The notes: generated from the sequence alone by a model not told the origin. A DNA stretch of 64,000 nt from Bacteroidales bacterium UBA6428 (GCA_002437305.1 DJOW01000071.1:49808-113807), one strand, 5' to 3'; positions 20,404 to 31,263 are shown, numbered from the stretch's first letter. Made by a program: numbers and translations.

Positions 20404-21306
20404 CTATTCGCGAGTAACGGTCGAATTCTGGATCTTTACTATCTTGATCATAGGGTCACCGGAGTAGGTGACACTCGCGCCCTTGCCAAGATCCAGAGAA
20501 AGATTATTGGCCGGAGCCACAGACAACTCAGCTCCATCGAGAGAAACGGAGACATCATCCGATGACAAGGTGGCAGCGTCAATCTTCGAAGAGCCTCCCT
20601 TGCCTGAGACATTGAGTTTAGCGGCTTTTCCTGAAAGTGAAAGCCTGGCGCCACCGGATGTTGTGACATAAGCATCTTCCGTCTGGCCGTTCAGGGCGAG
20701 CACGGCTGATCCGGAGTTATTCACGTTCAAGGTTTTGCATGTATATTCAAGGATAATGTCCGCGTTGCCTTCTCCATTGACCGTTATTACGTCAGCCTTG
20801 ACATTGGATGATGACAGTCTAGCTTTCCTGCCGGCTGAGATGACAGCAGACCCGGCGTTGACATTCAGATTATTAACGGCTGAGCTGCCTGTTAGGTCCA
20901 TGCGAAAATCAGCGGAATTCAGCACATGTTTTGTTGAGAACGTACAGTCATCGCTGAGGGTTATAGAGTTAAGCTTCGGCATGTAAACCGTAGCTTCAAG
21001 AACAGGTCCATCAGAATTCTTGCCTTTGAAATCTCTCTTGACCTCTTTCGAAACGGATTTCTCGTCTATTCCTATGTAAAGAGTCCTTGCCTTGACATAG
21101 CTCTGCACGTGACCCTCAAGCGCGTCACTGACCTTGAATTTAGCATTATAGCCATCCTGCTCCACAAATGTCACCTTGAACCCGCTTGAGACAGAGATTG
21201 CGTCAAACTCCGAATATTCATGCTCAACGGTTCTGGTTTGCGCCGCGGCTGGAGCGGACAAAAAGACAATAGCTGTGATTGCCAGAATTAATGATTTGAT
21301 ATTCAT
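20404..21306 (-). CDS. Secreted DUF2807/GIN-domain (adhesin-like beta-repeat) protein
   Basis: Signal peptide, FDAISVSSGF, repeated GSS/GSA-type beta motifs, VTYSGDP ending. Confidence 0.75.
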   Translation of the reverse strand: MNIKSLILAITAIVFLSAPAAAQTRTVEHEYSEFDAISVSSGFKVTFVEQDGYNAKFKVSDALEGHVQSYVKARTLYIGIDEKSVSKEVKRDFKGKNSDGPVLEATVYMPKLNSITLSDDCTFSTKHVLNSADFRMDLTGSSAVNNLNVNAGSAVISAGRKARLSSSNVKADVITVNGEGNADIILEYTCKTLNVNNSGSAVLALNGQTEDAYVTTSGGARLSLSGKAAKLNVSGKGGSSKIDAATLSSDDVSVSLDGAELSVAPANNLSLDLGKGASVTYSGDPMIKIVKIQNSTVTRE

Positions 21307-21325
21307 GACATATTAATAATTATAC

Positions 21326-23287
21326 CTATTCATCCAATTTCTCCATCAAGGATTCCCACTCTGCTGTCCTCTGGTCCAGTTCACGCTTGTCCTCCAGATA
21401 CGTTCTTGTCAGCTCCATTACATCATCATCAGGGCCGGGGCCTGAAAGAATCTTCTCGATCCCCTTCATTTTGGCCTCCACCCTGCCGATCTCGCTTTCA
21501 AGGAACTCCACCCTATGACGAATCTTTCTGATTTCCTTGGTATCATTCTTCCTTTGCTCAAAGCTTTTTTGGGCCTGTTCCTTTTTATCGGCGGGACTCT
21601 CCTTGCTTTGTTGTGCGCTGCCAGATACGCCTCTCCCCTGGCTTGGAGAGAACCTCCTCTCAAGTTCCTGAAGATTCTCGATTTTTCTTTCCTCAAGGAA
21701 CTCCTGGACACTGCCGACATGTTCCTTTACCCTTCCGTCACGGAACTCGTACATCTTGTCCACCAGACCATCAAGGAAATCACGGTCGTGCGACACGACA
21801 ATCAAAGTTCCATTGTAAGCTTTCAAAGCCTGTTTGAGAATATCCTTGGACTTGATGTCCATGTGGTTGGTGGGTTCGTCAAGAGCCAGGACATTGTACG
21901 GCTGGAGCATGAACTTAGCCATGCCGAGGCGGGCACGCTCCCCTCCGGAAAGAACACTGACTTTCTTGTCTATGTCCTCCCCACGGAAAAGGAACTGGGC
22001 AAGAATGTCGCGGAGCCTGTTCCTGACATCGCCGACGGCTATGTTGTCAAGAGTTTCCCAGACGGTTAGATTGGGATCCAATATGTCTTCCTGATTCTGT
22101 GCGTAATAACCAATGGAAACATTGTAGCCGACCTTGGCCTCACCGCCTATAGGTTGCAACTCACCCATTATCACGCGCATGAGAGTCGTCTTGCCCTCTC
22201 CGTTGCGTCCTATGAGAGCGACTTTTTCTCCCCTCCTGACCTCTATCTCAGCATCCCTGAAGACAACTTTTCCCGGATAGCCGACTGTAAGATCCTTCCC
22301 TTTGAAGACTATGTCTCCGGAACGGGGAGCGGGCGGGAACTTGACAGTCAGTGTGACATTGTCCGTCTCGTCAATCTCCACTCTTTCAAGCTTTTCCAGT
22401 TGTTTAATCCTTGACTGGACCTGGTTGGACTTAGTCGGTTTGTAACGGAAACGGTTGATGAAATCCTCCGTCTTCTCTATCATCCTCTGCTGGTTCTCGT
22501 AAGCGGCGGTCTGTTGGGCCAGCCTTTCCTTGCGCAGCTCAACATACTTGCTGTACGGAACCTTATAGTCATGAATATGCCCCAGCATGATCTCGACTGT
22601 GCGGTTCGTCACATTGTCAAGGAAGCGCCTGTCATGCGAGACGAGGAGCAAAGAACCGCGATGACTCTTTAGATAATCCTCAAGCCACTCGATAGACTCG
22701 ATGTCAAGGTGGTTCGTAGGCTCGTCCAAAAGCAGGACGTCAGGTTCGGACAGAAGAATCTTGGCCAGCTCGATGCGCATGTTCCACCCCTGGCTGAACG
22801 TCTCGGTCCTTCTTCCGAAATCCTCGTCCTTGAACCCCAATCCCAGAAGGGTTTTCTGCGCCAGCACCTCCGGCGGCTCGGACCGAGCCATGGACATCGC
22901 GTCTGTCAGGTCATTCAGACGGTTGATCAGAGAGAGATACTCCTCAGATTCATAGTCAGTTCTTTCCGCGAGCCGGGTATTGACGCTGTCCAACTCGGAC
23001 TGGATCTCCGTGATGTGGTCGAAAGCTGTCAATGTCTCCTCCAGAACAGTCCTGCCCTTGTGATGCTCCATGATCTGAGGAAGGTAACCGATGCGGAGAT
23101 CATTAGGCTTGTCAATACTGCCGGAGGTCGGGGACTGCAGCCCGCAGATCAACTTCATGATCGTGGACTTCCCCGCCCCGTTCTTTCCGACAAGGCCGAT
23201 CTTGTCCTTCTCGCTGATGTGGAAATCAATGTTGTCCAACAATGTGTAGCCTCCGTAGGCCACTGTCAATCCATTGATTGAAATCAT
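21326..23287 (-). CDS. ABC-F family ATPase
   Basis: Two NBDs (GKNGAGKS, GRNGEGKT), LLLDEPTNH and ALDEPTNH, no TM segments, C-terminal coiled coil. Confidence 0.95.
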   Translation of the reverse strand: MISINGLTVAYGGYTLLDNIDFHISEKDKIGLVGKNGAGKSTIMKLICGLQSPTSGSIDKPNDLRIGYLPQIMEHHKGRTVLEETLTAFDHITEIQSELDSVNTRLAERTDYESEEYLSLINRLNDLTDAMSMARSEPPEVLAQKTLLGLGFKDEDFGRRTETFSQGWNMRIELAKILLSEPDVLLLDEPTNHLDIESIEWLEDYLKSHRGSLLLVSHDRRFLDNVTNRTVEIMLGHIHDYKVPYSKYVELRKERLAQQTAAYENQQRMIEKTEDFINRFRYKPTKSNQVQSRIKQLEKLERVEIDETDNVTLTVKFPPAPRSGDIVFKGKDLTVGYPGKVVFRDAEIEVRRGEKVALIGRNGEGKTTLMRVIMGELQPIGGEAKVGYNVSIGYYAQNQEDILDPNLTVWETLDNIAVGDVRNRLRDILAQFLFRGEDIDKKVSVLSGGERARLGMAKFMLQPYNVLALDEPTNHMDIKSKDILKQALKAYNGTLIVVSHDRDFLDGLVDKMYEFRDGRVKEHVGSVQEFLEERKIENLQELERRFSPSQGRGVSGSAQQSKESPADKKEQAQKSFEQRKNDTKEIRKIRHRVEFLESEIGRVEAKMKGIEKILSGPGPDDDVMELTRTYLEDKRELDQRTAEWESLMEKLDE

Positions 23288-24069
23288 TTCACAGCCTCCT
23301 CTTTTTCATCCTCATCTTCCGGTGGAGCGGGCCGGCAGCATAAGACGCAGACCTCATAAAGGATAAGAAGAGGAGCCGCCGCAATCAACATCGACATCGG
23401 ATCCGCCGGTGTTATGATGGCGGCGATGCAAAGTATGACCACGATTGCGTGACGGCGGTATTTGATCAGGGTATTTCTCGTCACAATACCAAGTTTTGAG
23501 AGGATCACCACAACTATAGGAAACTCAAACACAATCCCAAAGGCCAACACAGTTGAAGTGAACGTTGAGATGTAGGATGTCAGCGAGATTGTGTTCGTCA
23601 CCTCATCGCTTATCTTGTAACCCATGAAAAAGTTCAGCGAGATCGGCACTATCAGATAATAGCCGATCACCAACCCGAGATAAAACAGGAACGATGCCGA
23701 TAGGAACGCCCCCCTTACGGCCCGCTTTTCATTCCTGTAGAGAGCGGGAGCTATGAATTTCCAGATCTCGAAACAGATGTACGGGAAAGACAGGATGAAT
23801 CCAAGCTCGAACGCTACCCGGAGATGGACGAAGAACTGCGCGGAAATGTCCAGATTGACAAGTGACATCTGCATATTCCCCATCCGCAACCATCTGTAAA
23901 TGAAGAAATCATTTCGTGTCGGAGCCAAGATGATGTCATCAAACACCAAAGACTTGAAGCAAAAGACCACGACACTGACGACTGTAATGACAAGCACTGA
24001 GCGGAACAAAGTTCCCCTCAGTACTTCCAAATGGTCCCAGAAGGACATCTCAGCTTCTCCAGCCGCCAT
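23284..24069 (-). CDS. tatC: Twin-arginine translocase subunit TatC
   Basis: MSFWDHLEVLR, FIAPALY, FEFP, AAIITPAD. Confidence 0.96.
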   Translation of the reverse strand: MAAGEAEMSFWDHLEVLRGTLFRSVLVITVVSVVVFCFKSLVFDDIILAPTRNDFFIYRWLRMGNMQMSLVNLDISAQFFVHLRVAFELGFILSFPYICFEIWKFIAPALYRNEKRAVRGAFLSASFLFYLGLVIGYYLIVPISLNFFMGYKISDEVTNTISLTSYISTFTSTVLAFGIVFEFPIVVVILSKLGIVTRNTLIKYRRHAIVVILCIAAIITPADPMSMLIAAAPLLILYEVCVLCCRPAPPEDEDEKEEAVK

Positions 24070-24308
24070 TATTTCTTCTCGATCTTCTCGATTTTGTCCG
24101 GTGTCTTGGCAGAGGAGCTAAGATTCTTGTCGATGTCACCGATCTGATTCTCTACGTCATTGATGCCATCTTTGAAGCTTCTTACGCCTTTGCCGAGGCC
24201 TTTCATAAGCTCCGGAATTTTCTTGCCTCCGAAAAGGAGAATAATCACAAGGGCGATGATCACAATCTGCCAAGGACCAACTACGCCCAAAGGAACTATA
24301 AAAAACAT
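24069..24308 (-). CDS. tatA: Twin-arginine translocase subunit TatA/E
   Basis: [23 protein letters not shown]. Confidence 0.96.
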   Translation of the reverse strand: MFFIVPLGVVGPWQIVIIALVIILLFGGKKIPELMKGLGKGVRSFKDGINDVENQIGDIDKNLSSSAKTPDKIEKIEKK

Positions 24309-24337
24309 AATTTAAATTAATTAGTGTGTTGTCAACA

Positions 24338-24751
24338 TTATTTATCATTGATGTGGTCCTGGATCGCCCTGACCAATTTTTCCGGACAACGGACAGGACG
24401 GCCTGTCTCCTTGTTCAAAAAGCCAAGGGAAACCTTACCCTCCACGCAAAGCACGCCATCCTGATTATAGACGGCTTGCCTGACGTAAAGTTTAGCCATC
24501 GGAACCTCATCTATCATGGCCACGGCGCGGACCACATCGCCCATCCTGGCAGGAAACCTGTAACGGCATTCAACCGAGACGATGGGGATGGTGACTCCAT
24601 CCTCCTCACATTTCTCAATAGGATATCCGCAATCAATCATCAGGTTGTTTCTCGCGCACTCGAAATAACGGATGTAATTCGAGTGATGCACGATTCCCAT
24701 CTGGTCAGTTTCGTAGTACCTGACAGGAAAAGACGTGTCCGAATATACCAT
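24338..24751 (-). CDS. Acyl-CoA thioesterase (YbgC/4HBT family)
   Basis: VRYYETDQMGIVHHSNYIRYFE. Confidence 0.93.
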   Translation of the reverse strand: MVYSDTSFPVRYYETDQMGIVHHSNYIRYFECARNNLMIDCGYPIEKCEEDGVTIPIVSVECRYRFPARMGDVVRAVAMIDEVPMAKLYVRQAVYNQDGVLCVEGKVSLGFLNKETGRPVRCPEKLVRAIQDHINDK

Positions 24752-24787
24752 AACAAAAAAGTTAGCAATAAAAACAAATCTGTTTTA

Positions 24788-27463
24788 TCATTTATTTTTC
24801 AATGAAGAAAGAGCCTTCTCGTAACTTTCAATCTTTGAAAGGCTGTCGGCCTCCTTCTTGCGTTCCAACGCCACGACCTTTTCTGGCGCGTGGGCGACAA
24901 AACTCTCGTTGGACAGTTTCTTTCTGACTGACTCAAGGAACCCGCGCTGATGCTCAAGCTCCGTCTCGATCTTTTTGATCTCCTCCTCGACATCCACAAG
25001 TCCGTCAAGAGGAACAAAGAGCTCAACAGTTCGTACAAGCATGGAGACACCGGCGGCGTCACCGAAATCCGCGACTTTCCCGGCAGAGGAGATGTTGGCA
25101 AGTTTGGTGACCACCGGAAGCATATTCACAGGAAAATCGCCTTTAAACTTCAAGGCCAGACTTTCCTTCGGAGAAATGTTCTTCTGCTGACGGATCCCGC
25201 GGATTCCGTTCACAGCCTCCTGGGCGATTCCGAACTCTTCGATAACTTTTTCATCGACAGAGCCTGCCTTAGGAGTCGGCCGGTACATGATTGTCTCCCC
25301 CTCCCTGCGCTCGGCCATCGACTGCCAGAGTTCCTCAGTGATGAACGGCATCACTGGATGAATCATCCTAAGCAGCTTCTCAAAGAATATGATCGTGGCG
25401 TCATACGTCTCCTTGTCTACCCCATCACCGTAAGCCGGCTTGACAGCCTCAAGGTACCAGGCGCAATACTCATCCCAGAATAACTTGTAGATGCTCATCA
25501 GGGCATCGGAGATCCTGAACCTGGAGTAATGTTCCTCAACGGCCGCTATCGTCTGGTTTAATTTGTTTTCAAACCAATTGACAGCCAATTTGTTCACCTC
25601 ACTTTGCTGAAGTTCTCCGTCAACTCTCCAACCTTGCACCAGACGGAATGAGTTCCAGATCTTGTTGCAGAAATTCCTGCCCTGCTCGACCTGAGACTCA
25701 TCATAGAATATGTCGTTTCCGGCGGAAGAGCAAAGCAACATTCCTATCCTGACCGCATCGGCCCCGTACTTGGAGATAAGGTCAAGGGGATCAGGAGAGT
25801 TTCCAAGGGTCTTGGACATTTTTCTGCCGAGCTTGTCACGCACGATTCCCGTAAAATAGACATTCCTGAACGGTATGTCGTTCATGAACTCATCCCCGGC
25901 CATGATCATCCTGGCGACCCAGAAGAAGATAATGTCCGGCCCGGTGACAAGATCATTGGTCGGATAATAGTAAGAGAGGTCCTTATTAGGCTTGTGCTCG
26001 GGATGTCCAGGCCTTTGTGGATCAAAAACGGAGATCGGCCAAAGCCAACTGGAAAACCATGTGTCGAGCACATCTTCATCCTGCCTGAGGTCAGCGGCTG
26101 TAAGAGCCGGATCAATCTTCTGAGCGGCGGCAAGAGCCTTCTCGGCGGTCTCTTCAACAACTATTTGTCCGTCAGGAAGATAGTACGCCGGAATCCTCTG
26201 TCCCCACCAAAGCTGGCGGGAGATGCACCAATCGTGCGCGTTCTCCATCCAATGACGATAGGTGTTGCGGTACTTGTCCGGAATCAGCTTTATCTTGCCG
26301 GACTCCACACTCTCAAGGGCCTTCGCCGCGAGCTCTTCCATCCTCAAGAACCACTGCGCCGACAGCTTAGGCTCGATTACGGCGTTTGTTCTTTCGGAAT
26401 ATCCAACCGGAGACGTGTATTCCTCAACCTTCACTAGGTTGCCGGACTCCTCCAGCATCTTGACTATCTTTTTTCTTGCGTCAAAGCGATCCTCCCCGAC
26501 CAGAATCCGAGCCTTCCCGTTCAGGCGGCCATGGTCATCGATGATGTCAAGGACAGGAAGATTGTGCCGGAGGCCGATCTCGTAGTCGTGGGCGTCATGG
26601 GCAGGAGTGACCTTGAGGCAGCCGGTACCGAAATCCATCTCGACATAACTGTCCTCGATGACAGGGATCTCCCTATTGATCAACGGGATAAGCACCTTCT
26701 TTCCTTTCAGCCAGTGATGCCTCTCATCGGCCGGGTTCACGCAGATCGCAGCATCGGCCATGATCGTCTCAGGACGGGTCGTGGCTATCACGAGATACTT
26801 GTCTGTAGGGTTGCCGTCGCCGTCGGAGACGTAATATTTAAGGTGGTAGAAATGGCTCTTTGTGTCCCTGTGAATGACCTCGTCGTCACTGATGGCTGTC
26901 AGCGCGACCGGATCCCAGTTGACCATCCTCACACCTCTATAAATCATTCCCTTCTTATAGAAATAACAGAACGTCGCGGTCACCGCATCGGAAAGAGCCG
27001 GCTCCATAGTGAATCTAGTGCGGTCCCAATCGCACGACGCGCCCAACTTGCGGAGCTGCTTGAGAATGATCCCTCCGTGCTCTTCCTTCCACTCCCATGC
27101 GTACCTCATGAATTCCTCACGGGTAAGGTTCTCCTTGGATATTCCCATCCCCTTCAGCTTCGCCACGACCTTGCTTTCCGTGGCGATGGAGGCATGATCG
27201 GTACCTGGCACCCAACAGGCGTTCTTGCCGTCCATCCTGGCCTTGCGGATCAGCACATCATTCAATGTGTTGTTCAGAACATGCCCCATGTGAAGGATTC
27301 CCGTCACGTTGGGCGGCGGGATCACTATGGTGTAAGGCTCCTTCCCGTCCGGTTCCGAGTGGAAACACTTGTGCTCGATCCACCAGGCGTACCATTTGTC
27401 CTCTACTTCCGCCGGGTTGTATTTTGCGGAGAGTTCTTTTTTCTCGATCATATTCTCGCTCAT
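24788..27463 (-). CDS. valS: Valine--tRNA ligase
   Basis: PPPNVTGILHMGH, WCISRQLWWG, KMSKT, C-terminal coiled coil. Confidence 0.98.
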   Translation of the reverse strand: MSENMIEKKELSAKYNPAEVEDKWYAWWIEHKCFHSEPDGKEPYTIVIPPPNVTGILHMGHVLNNTLNDVLIRKARMDGKNACWVPGTDHASIATESKVVAKLKGMGISKENLTREEFMRYAWEWKEEHGGIILKQLRKLGASCDWDRTRFTMEPALSDAVTATFCYFYKKGMIYRGVRMVNWDPVALTAISDDEVIHRDTKSHFYHLKYYVSDGDGNPTDKYLVIATTRPETIMADAAICVNPADERHHWLKGKKVLIPLINREIPVIEDSYVEMDFGTGCLKVTPAHDAHDYEIGLRHNLPVLDIIDDHGRLNGKARILVGEDRFDARKKIVKMLEESGNLVKVEEYTSPVGYSERTNAVIEPKLSAQWFLRMEELAAKALESVESGKIKLIPDKYRNTYRHWMENAHDWCISRQLWWGQRIPAYYLPDGQIVVEETAEKALAAAQKIDPALTAADLRQDEDVLDTWFSSWLWPISVFDPQRPGHPEHKPNKDLSYYYPTNDLVTGPDIIFFWVARMIMAGDEFMNDIPFRNVYFTGIVRDKLGRKMSKTLGNSPDPLDLISKYGADAVRIGMLLCSSAGNDIFYDESQVEQGRNFCNKIWNSFRLVQGWRVDGELQQSEVNKLAVNWFENKLNQTIAAVEEHYSRFRISDALMSIYKLFWDEYCAWYLEAVKPAYGDGVDKETYDATIIFFEKLLRMIHPVMPFITEELWQSMAERREGETIMYRPTPKAGSVDEKVIEEFGIAQEAVNGIRGIRQQKNISPKESLALKFKGDFPVNMLPVVTKLANISSAGKVADFGDAAGVSMLVRTVELFVPLDGLVDVEEEIKKIETELEHQRGFLESVRKKLSNESFVAHAPEKVVALERKKEADSLSKIESYEKALSSLKNK

Positions 27464-27528
27464 AATAAACAAAGTTTACAAATATAGCACATTTTTCACT
27501 AAATTTGCTTTAAAAATACACACATACT

Positions 27529-27858
27529 ATGGAAGAGAAAAAAGAAATCAGTCTGGAGATCCGTCCTGAGGTGGCAAAGGGCACATACTCTAACCTCGCG
27601 ATCATCACTCACTCGCACAGCGAATTCATCATCGACTTCGCCACCATCCTTCCGGGCCTGCCGAAGCCGGACATCAGCAACCGCATCGTCATGACCCCCG
27701 AGCATGCCAAAAGGCTTCTCAACGCACTGATGGACAATGTGACCAAATACGAGTCGCAATTCGGTCTGATCAACCTTGGAGGCGGGCAGCAGCAGGGAGG
27801 CGGCACATTCAATCTTGGTGACCTTCCGCAGTTTGGCCCCAACGGAGCTAAGTCATAG
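27529..27858 (+). CDS. DUF3467 family protein
   Basis: GTYSNLAIITHSHSEFIIDF, RIVMTPEHAKRL. Confidence 0.88.
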   Translation: MEEKKEISLEIRPEVAKGTYSNLAIITHSHSEFIIDFATILPGLPKPDISNRIVMTPEHAKRLLNALMDNVTKYESQFGLINLGGGQQQGGGTFNLGDLPQFGPNGAKS

Positions 27859-27864
27859 CTTGAA

Positions 27865-28389
27865 ATGACGGATTTCAAGAATATCAAAGCGTTCACGTTC
27901 GACATCGATGGCGTGATGACCGATGGTGGCATTCTCGCCGATCTGGAAGGGCAACTCTACCGGACATTCGACGCCAAGGACGGTTTCGCGGTCAGAATGG
28001 CTTGTCTGAACGGATTTCCGGTCGGTGTGATCACCGGCGGCCGATCCCAAAGCATAAGGGCAAGGTTCAGCAGCAATGGAATCAATCCCGAGGATGTCTA
28101 TCTTGGATCCAGAAACAAGATAGAGGACTTCGAGGATTTCTGCAAGAGACATCATCTAAAACCCGAAGAAGTAATGTACTTCGGTGACGACATCCCTGAC
28201 ATCGAAGTCATCAGGGCGGCGGGGATCGGAGTCTGTCCAAGCGATGCCGTCGAGGAGGTCAAGGAAGCTGCGGACATCATCTCGGACCGCCCCGGCGGAA
28301 AGGCCTGCGTGCGCGAGTTTATGGAAAAGACAATGAAGGCCCAAGGACGTTGGGTCTTCGATGCGATCGCCTACAAGAAAAAATTCTAA
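27865..28389 (+). CDS. kdsC: KdsC-like HAD phosphatase (KDO-8-phosphate phosphatase)
   Basis: FDIDGVMTDG, FDAKDG, IITG-like, FGDDIPD, GGKACVRE. Confidence 0.85.
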   Translation: MTDFKNIKAFTFDIDGVMTDGGILADLEGQLYRTFDAKDGFAVRMACLNGFPVGVITGGRSQSIRARFSSNGINPEDVYLGSRNKIEDFEDFCKRHHLKPEEVMYFGDDIPDIEVIRAAGIGVCPSDAVEEVKEAADIISDRPGGKACVREFMEKTMKAQGRWVFDAIAYKKKF

Positions 28390-28976
28390 TGAATATGGAC
28401 ACTCACGGAAAGAAGATCATCCTTGCGTCCAACTCGCCTCGCCGCCGCGAACTGCTCGCCGGACTTGACATTGATTTCACCGTTGACACGGGAACATCGT
28501 TCATAGAGAGATACTCCCCTGACACTCCGCACATTAAAGTGCCTGAATTGATGTCCGAAGGAAAGTCGTTGGGATTTCACAGAGAACTTGAGGATGATGA
28601 GATTCTTGTAACGTCTGACACGATGGTGCTTTGCGGGACCGAGATTCTCGGCAAACCTCACGACAGGGCTGACGCTGTCAGGATGCTGAGACTGCTTTCC
28701 GGACGTGAGCATCAGGTCATCACCGCAGTGACAATCCGAGACTGTAGCAGGTTAAAGACATTCTCCATTACTTCAAATGTCTATTTCAAAAAGCTATCCG
28801 ACAATGAGATAGACTACTACATCGACAACTTTAAGCCATTCGACAAAGCCGGTGCCTACGGCATCCAGGAATGGATCGGCTACATCGGAATCACAAGGCT
28901 TGACGGCTCGTTCTACAACGTGATGGGCTTCCCTACGCAGAGATTCTACGAGGAATTGCAAAGTTTCCTGAATTAG
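28389..28976 (+). CDS. maf: Maf family nucleotide pyrophosphatase
   Basis: ILASNSPRRRELL, SDT, LGKP, DKAGAYGIQ. Start overlaps the kdsC stop (TAATG). Confidence 0.94.
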   Translation: MNMDTHGKKIILASNSPRRRELLAGLDIDFTVDTGTSFIERYSPDTPHIKVPELMSEGKSLGFHRELEDDEILVTSDTMVLCGTEILGKPHDRADAVRMLRLLSGREHQVITAVTIRDCSRLKTFSITSNVYFKKLSDNEIDYYIDNFKPFDKAGAYGIQEWIGYIGITRLDGSFYNVMGFPTQRFYEELQSFLN

Positions 28977-29010
28977 GAATATGAAAACCGGAACCCAAGG
29001 CGACATATTA

Positions 29011-29928
29011 ATGAAAGCGTTCGCTGGAATACTCATAACACTCTGTGTCACAATGGTATGCGGATGCAATCCGAATGCTTTTGTCTGTCACATCGAGCCG
29101 TCCTCCCGAAACTTCATCGCCGCTGAGGACGGAGACACGATCAAAGTACGCTTCAAGACCGATGACTGGGGTATTCTCACAATAAAAGCCAACACCTCTG
29201 TTCATGGTTGGACGAGCGGCGCTGCCTCCATTGAAACCGAAGATGGTAAGATAAAGGTGTCCGACGGCAATTTAACCATGTTTTACAAAAAAACCGGTGA
29301 CAAGGAGCTTACGCTATACTTTCACCCTAATTTCTCAAGCACGGAGAACGACTTAACTATCTTTATCTCAAATTCCTACGAAGAAGATTCCGTTAAAGTC
29401 CGGCAGCCCGGCTCCTCCGGCCATGAGTTCGTGGACATTTCATTCGATGGCTTAAGACACCCGGCAAACGAGAATGAAATCATCACCGGCTGGGGGCCAA
29501 TGACTTACATAAACAATGGCACTGACACTCTCTTCGTAAGGATGGGCGTCTTTGCCGGCGCCGCAAGGAAAGTTGGTTTCACAAATGACACTTACCCCGA
29601 GTACAAGGGCAACGATTTCGACGTCCCCGTGCCAGATGGGATCCTGGCCGAAGACAAGGAATTGACCTTCAGTGGAGAAAAGGCCAGATACAGCTGTGAC
29701 ATCACATATGAGTACCCATTCGAAAGCGACAAAATGGCGACAATGGCATTTCCTCCAGGGGACACGAAGAAAATCTACTACAGAATGTTATGGGGCATCG
29801 ACTCTTACGAAGTGGGTTACCGCATGCGGATAAGAAACAAGAGGACGGGAGCCATATTCACCATTAAAGGTAATATGACATCCACTTCACCTGACGGGTT
29901 TTATCTTTTGACTAAGGAGACGAAATGA
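29011..29928 (+). CDS. Hypothetical lipoprotein
   Basis: Hydrophobic leader ending in VCGC; long ORF coupled to the next gene. The start could be 28981. Confidence 0.65.
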   Translation: MKAFAGILITLCVTMVCGCNPNAFVCHIEPSSRNFIAAEDGDTIKVRFKTDDWGILTIKANTSVHGWTSGAASIETEDGKIKVSDGNLTMFYKKTGDKELTLYFHPNFSSTENDLTIFISNSYEEDSVKVRQPGSSGHEFVDISFDGLRHPANENEIITGWGPMTYINNGTDTLFVRMGVFAGAARKVGFTNDTYPEYKGNDFDVPVPDGILAEDKELTFSGEKARYSCDITYEYPFESDKMATMAFPPGDTKKIYYRMLWGIDSYEVGYRMRIRNKRTGAIFTIKGNMTSTSPDGFYLLTKETK

Positions 29929-31145
29929 GAGACGGGATATTCATAAAGCTGACCGTGCTTCTTCTGGCTTTCTCCTCCTGGAGCGAATGCGTCATCGAGG
30001 CACACAATGCCGACTCTTTGAGATTCACCCACCATGTCGGATTTAACGTTCGTCCTGCGTACCTTCTGCCGACACATCGTTTCTTCAGAGGGGACAACGC
30101 GCTTGGAGAGCGGCTGGACAAAAGCGGCTCGGCCCATCTGCAATATTCATTCACCTTCCCTTCCAGCAGCCATTTCGGAAAGTTGTATCCTACGGCATAT
30201 CAAGGGATTGGAGTTGCCTTAAACACATTCTTTGATTATGGGGAAATAGGTAGTCCCACAGCAATCTATGTGTTTCAGGGTGCCCGGCTGGCCCGATTGT
30301 CCTCCAAGCTCACCCTTGACTACGAATGGAATTTCGGAGCCTCTTTCGGATGGCATCCCTACGGTCCCGACGGAACCAACAGCCTCAACATGGTTGTCGG
30401 CTCGAAAGTCAATGCCTACATCAATTTCGGGTTCATGCTCTCATGGAAGCCACTTGGCGGCTGGACTGTCTCCGCGGGACTTGACCTTGCGCATTTCTCC
30501 AATGGAAACACCTCCTACCCTAACGCCGGGGTAAACACGGTTGGAGGCAGGCTTGGTGTCGTCCGAGCTTTCGGCGCAGAGAAAAGTCAACCCTCAGGAC
30601 AAAGGCAAGCCAATGATTATTCCAACCTGGCTTCCCTGAAATTCTCAGAAAGGATGTCTTACGACATTCTGATCTATGGAGCCGGCAGGACAAAAGGCCT
30701 GATCTGGAATGACGCGCCCTACATCGCAAAAGGGACTTTTGGAATCATAGGAATGAATTTCAGCCCGCTGTACCGGGCGAACAAGTTTCTGCGGGCAGGA
30801 GCTTCTCTTGACATCCAGTACGATGAAAGCGCCAATGTGGTGGATCACGTGGCAGGAACAGGCGAAGACGGAAACATACGCTTCTACCGTCCGCCACTCA
30901 GAGAGCAGCTTGGCATGGGACTGTCGCTGAGGGGGGAGTTCGTGATGCCGGTATTCTCCGTCAACATCGGATTCGGACGCAACATCATCTACAACGGGGA
31001 CGAGCTCAAGGGATTCTACCAGACCCTAGCGCTGAAGACTGACCTCTACAAAGGGCTCTACCTTCACATCGGCTACAAACTGCACGATTTCCACGATCCC
31101 AACAACCTTATGCTCGGCCTTGGATGGCGCATTGGCAAAAAATGA
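29925..31145 (+). CDS. Acyloxyacyl hydrolase / PagL-like outer membrane beta-barrel
   Basis: Signal peptide, HFSNGN..PNAGVN catalytic-type motif, barrel ending LGLGW. Confidence 0.8.
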   Translation: MRDGIFIKLTVLLLAFSSWSECVIEAHNADSLRFTHHVGFNVRPAYLLPTHRFFRGDNALGERLDKSGSAHLQYSFTFPSSSHFGKLYPTAYQGIGVALNTFFDYGEIGSPTAIYVFQGARLARLSSKLTLDYEWNFGASFGWHPYGPDGTNSLNMVVGSKVNAYINFGFMLSWKPLGGWTVSAGLDLAHFSNGNTSYPNAGVNTVGGRLGVVRAFGAEKSQPSGQRQANDYSNLASLKFSERMSYDILIYGAGRTKGLIWNDAPYIAKGTFGIIGMNFSPLYRANKFLRAGASLDIQYDESANVVDHVAGTGEDGNIRFYRPPLREQLGMGLSLRGEFVMPVFSVNIGFGRNIIYNGDELKGFYQTLALKTDLYKGLYLHIGYKLHDFHDPNNLMLGLGWRIGKK

Positions 31146-31200
31146 AGACCTAGCGCCGGACGGCAGCGGGCCATGGCGCGAATCGGCGGCTCTCCAGGCA

Positions 31201-31240
31201 AAAAAAGGATCTGCTTCCTCACATAAAGAAGCAGATCCTT
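31201..31240 (-). terminator. Rho-independent terminator of the downstream minus-strand gene
   Basis: AAGGATCTGCTTC pairs with GAAGCAGATCCTT, preceded by an A-run. Confidence 0.75.
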
Positions 31241-31263
31241 ATAGTCGATGCTTTTTCTATTCC

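Noticed and set aside
21326..23287. ABC-F as an antibiotic-resistance (ARE) factor
   Set aside because: It sits in a housekeeping operon with tatAC, has no leader or mobile context, and nothing in the sequence supports a resistance role.
26531..27487. Long antisense ORFs (for example 26531-27487, 32672-33616, 35862-36848, 45109-45858)
   Set aside because: They are shadows of well-supported genes on the opposite strand, as expected from codon bias.
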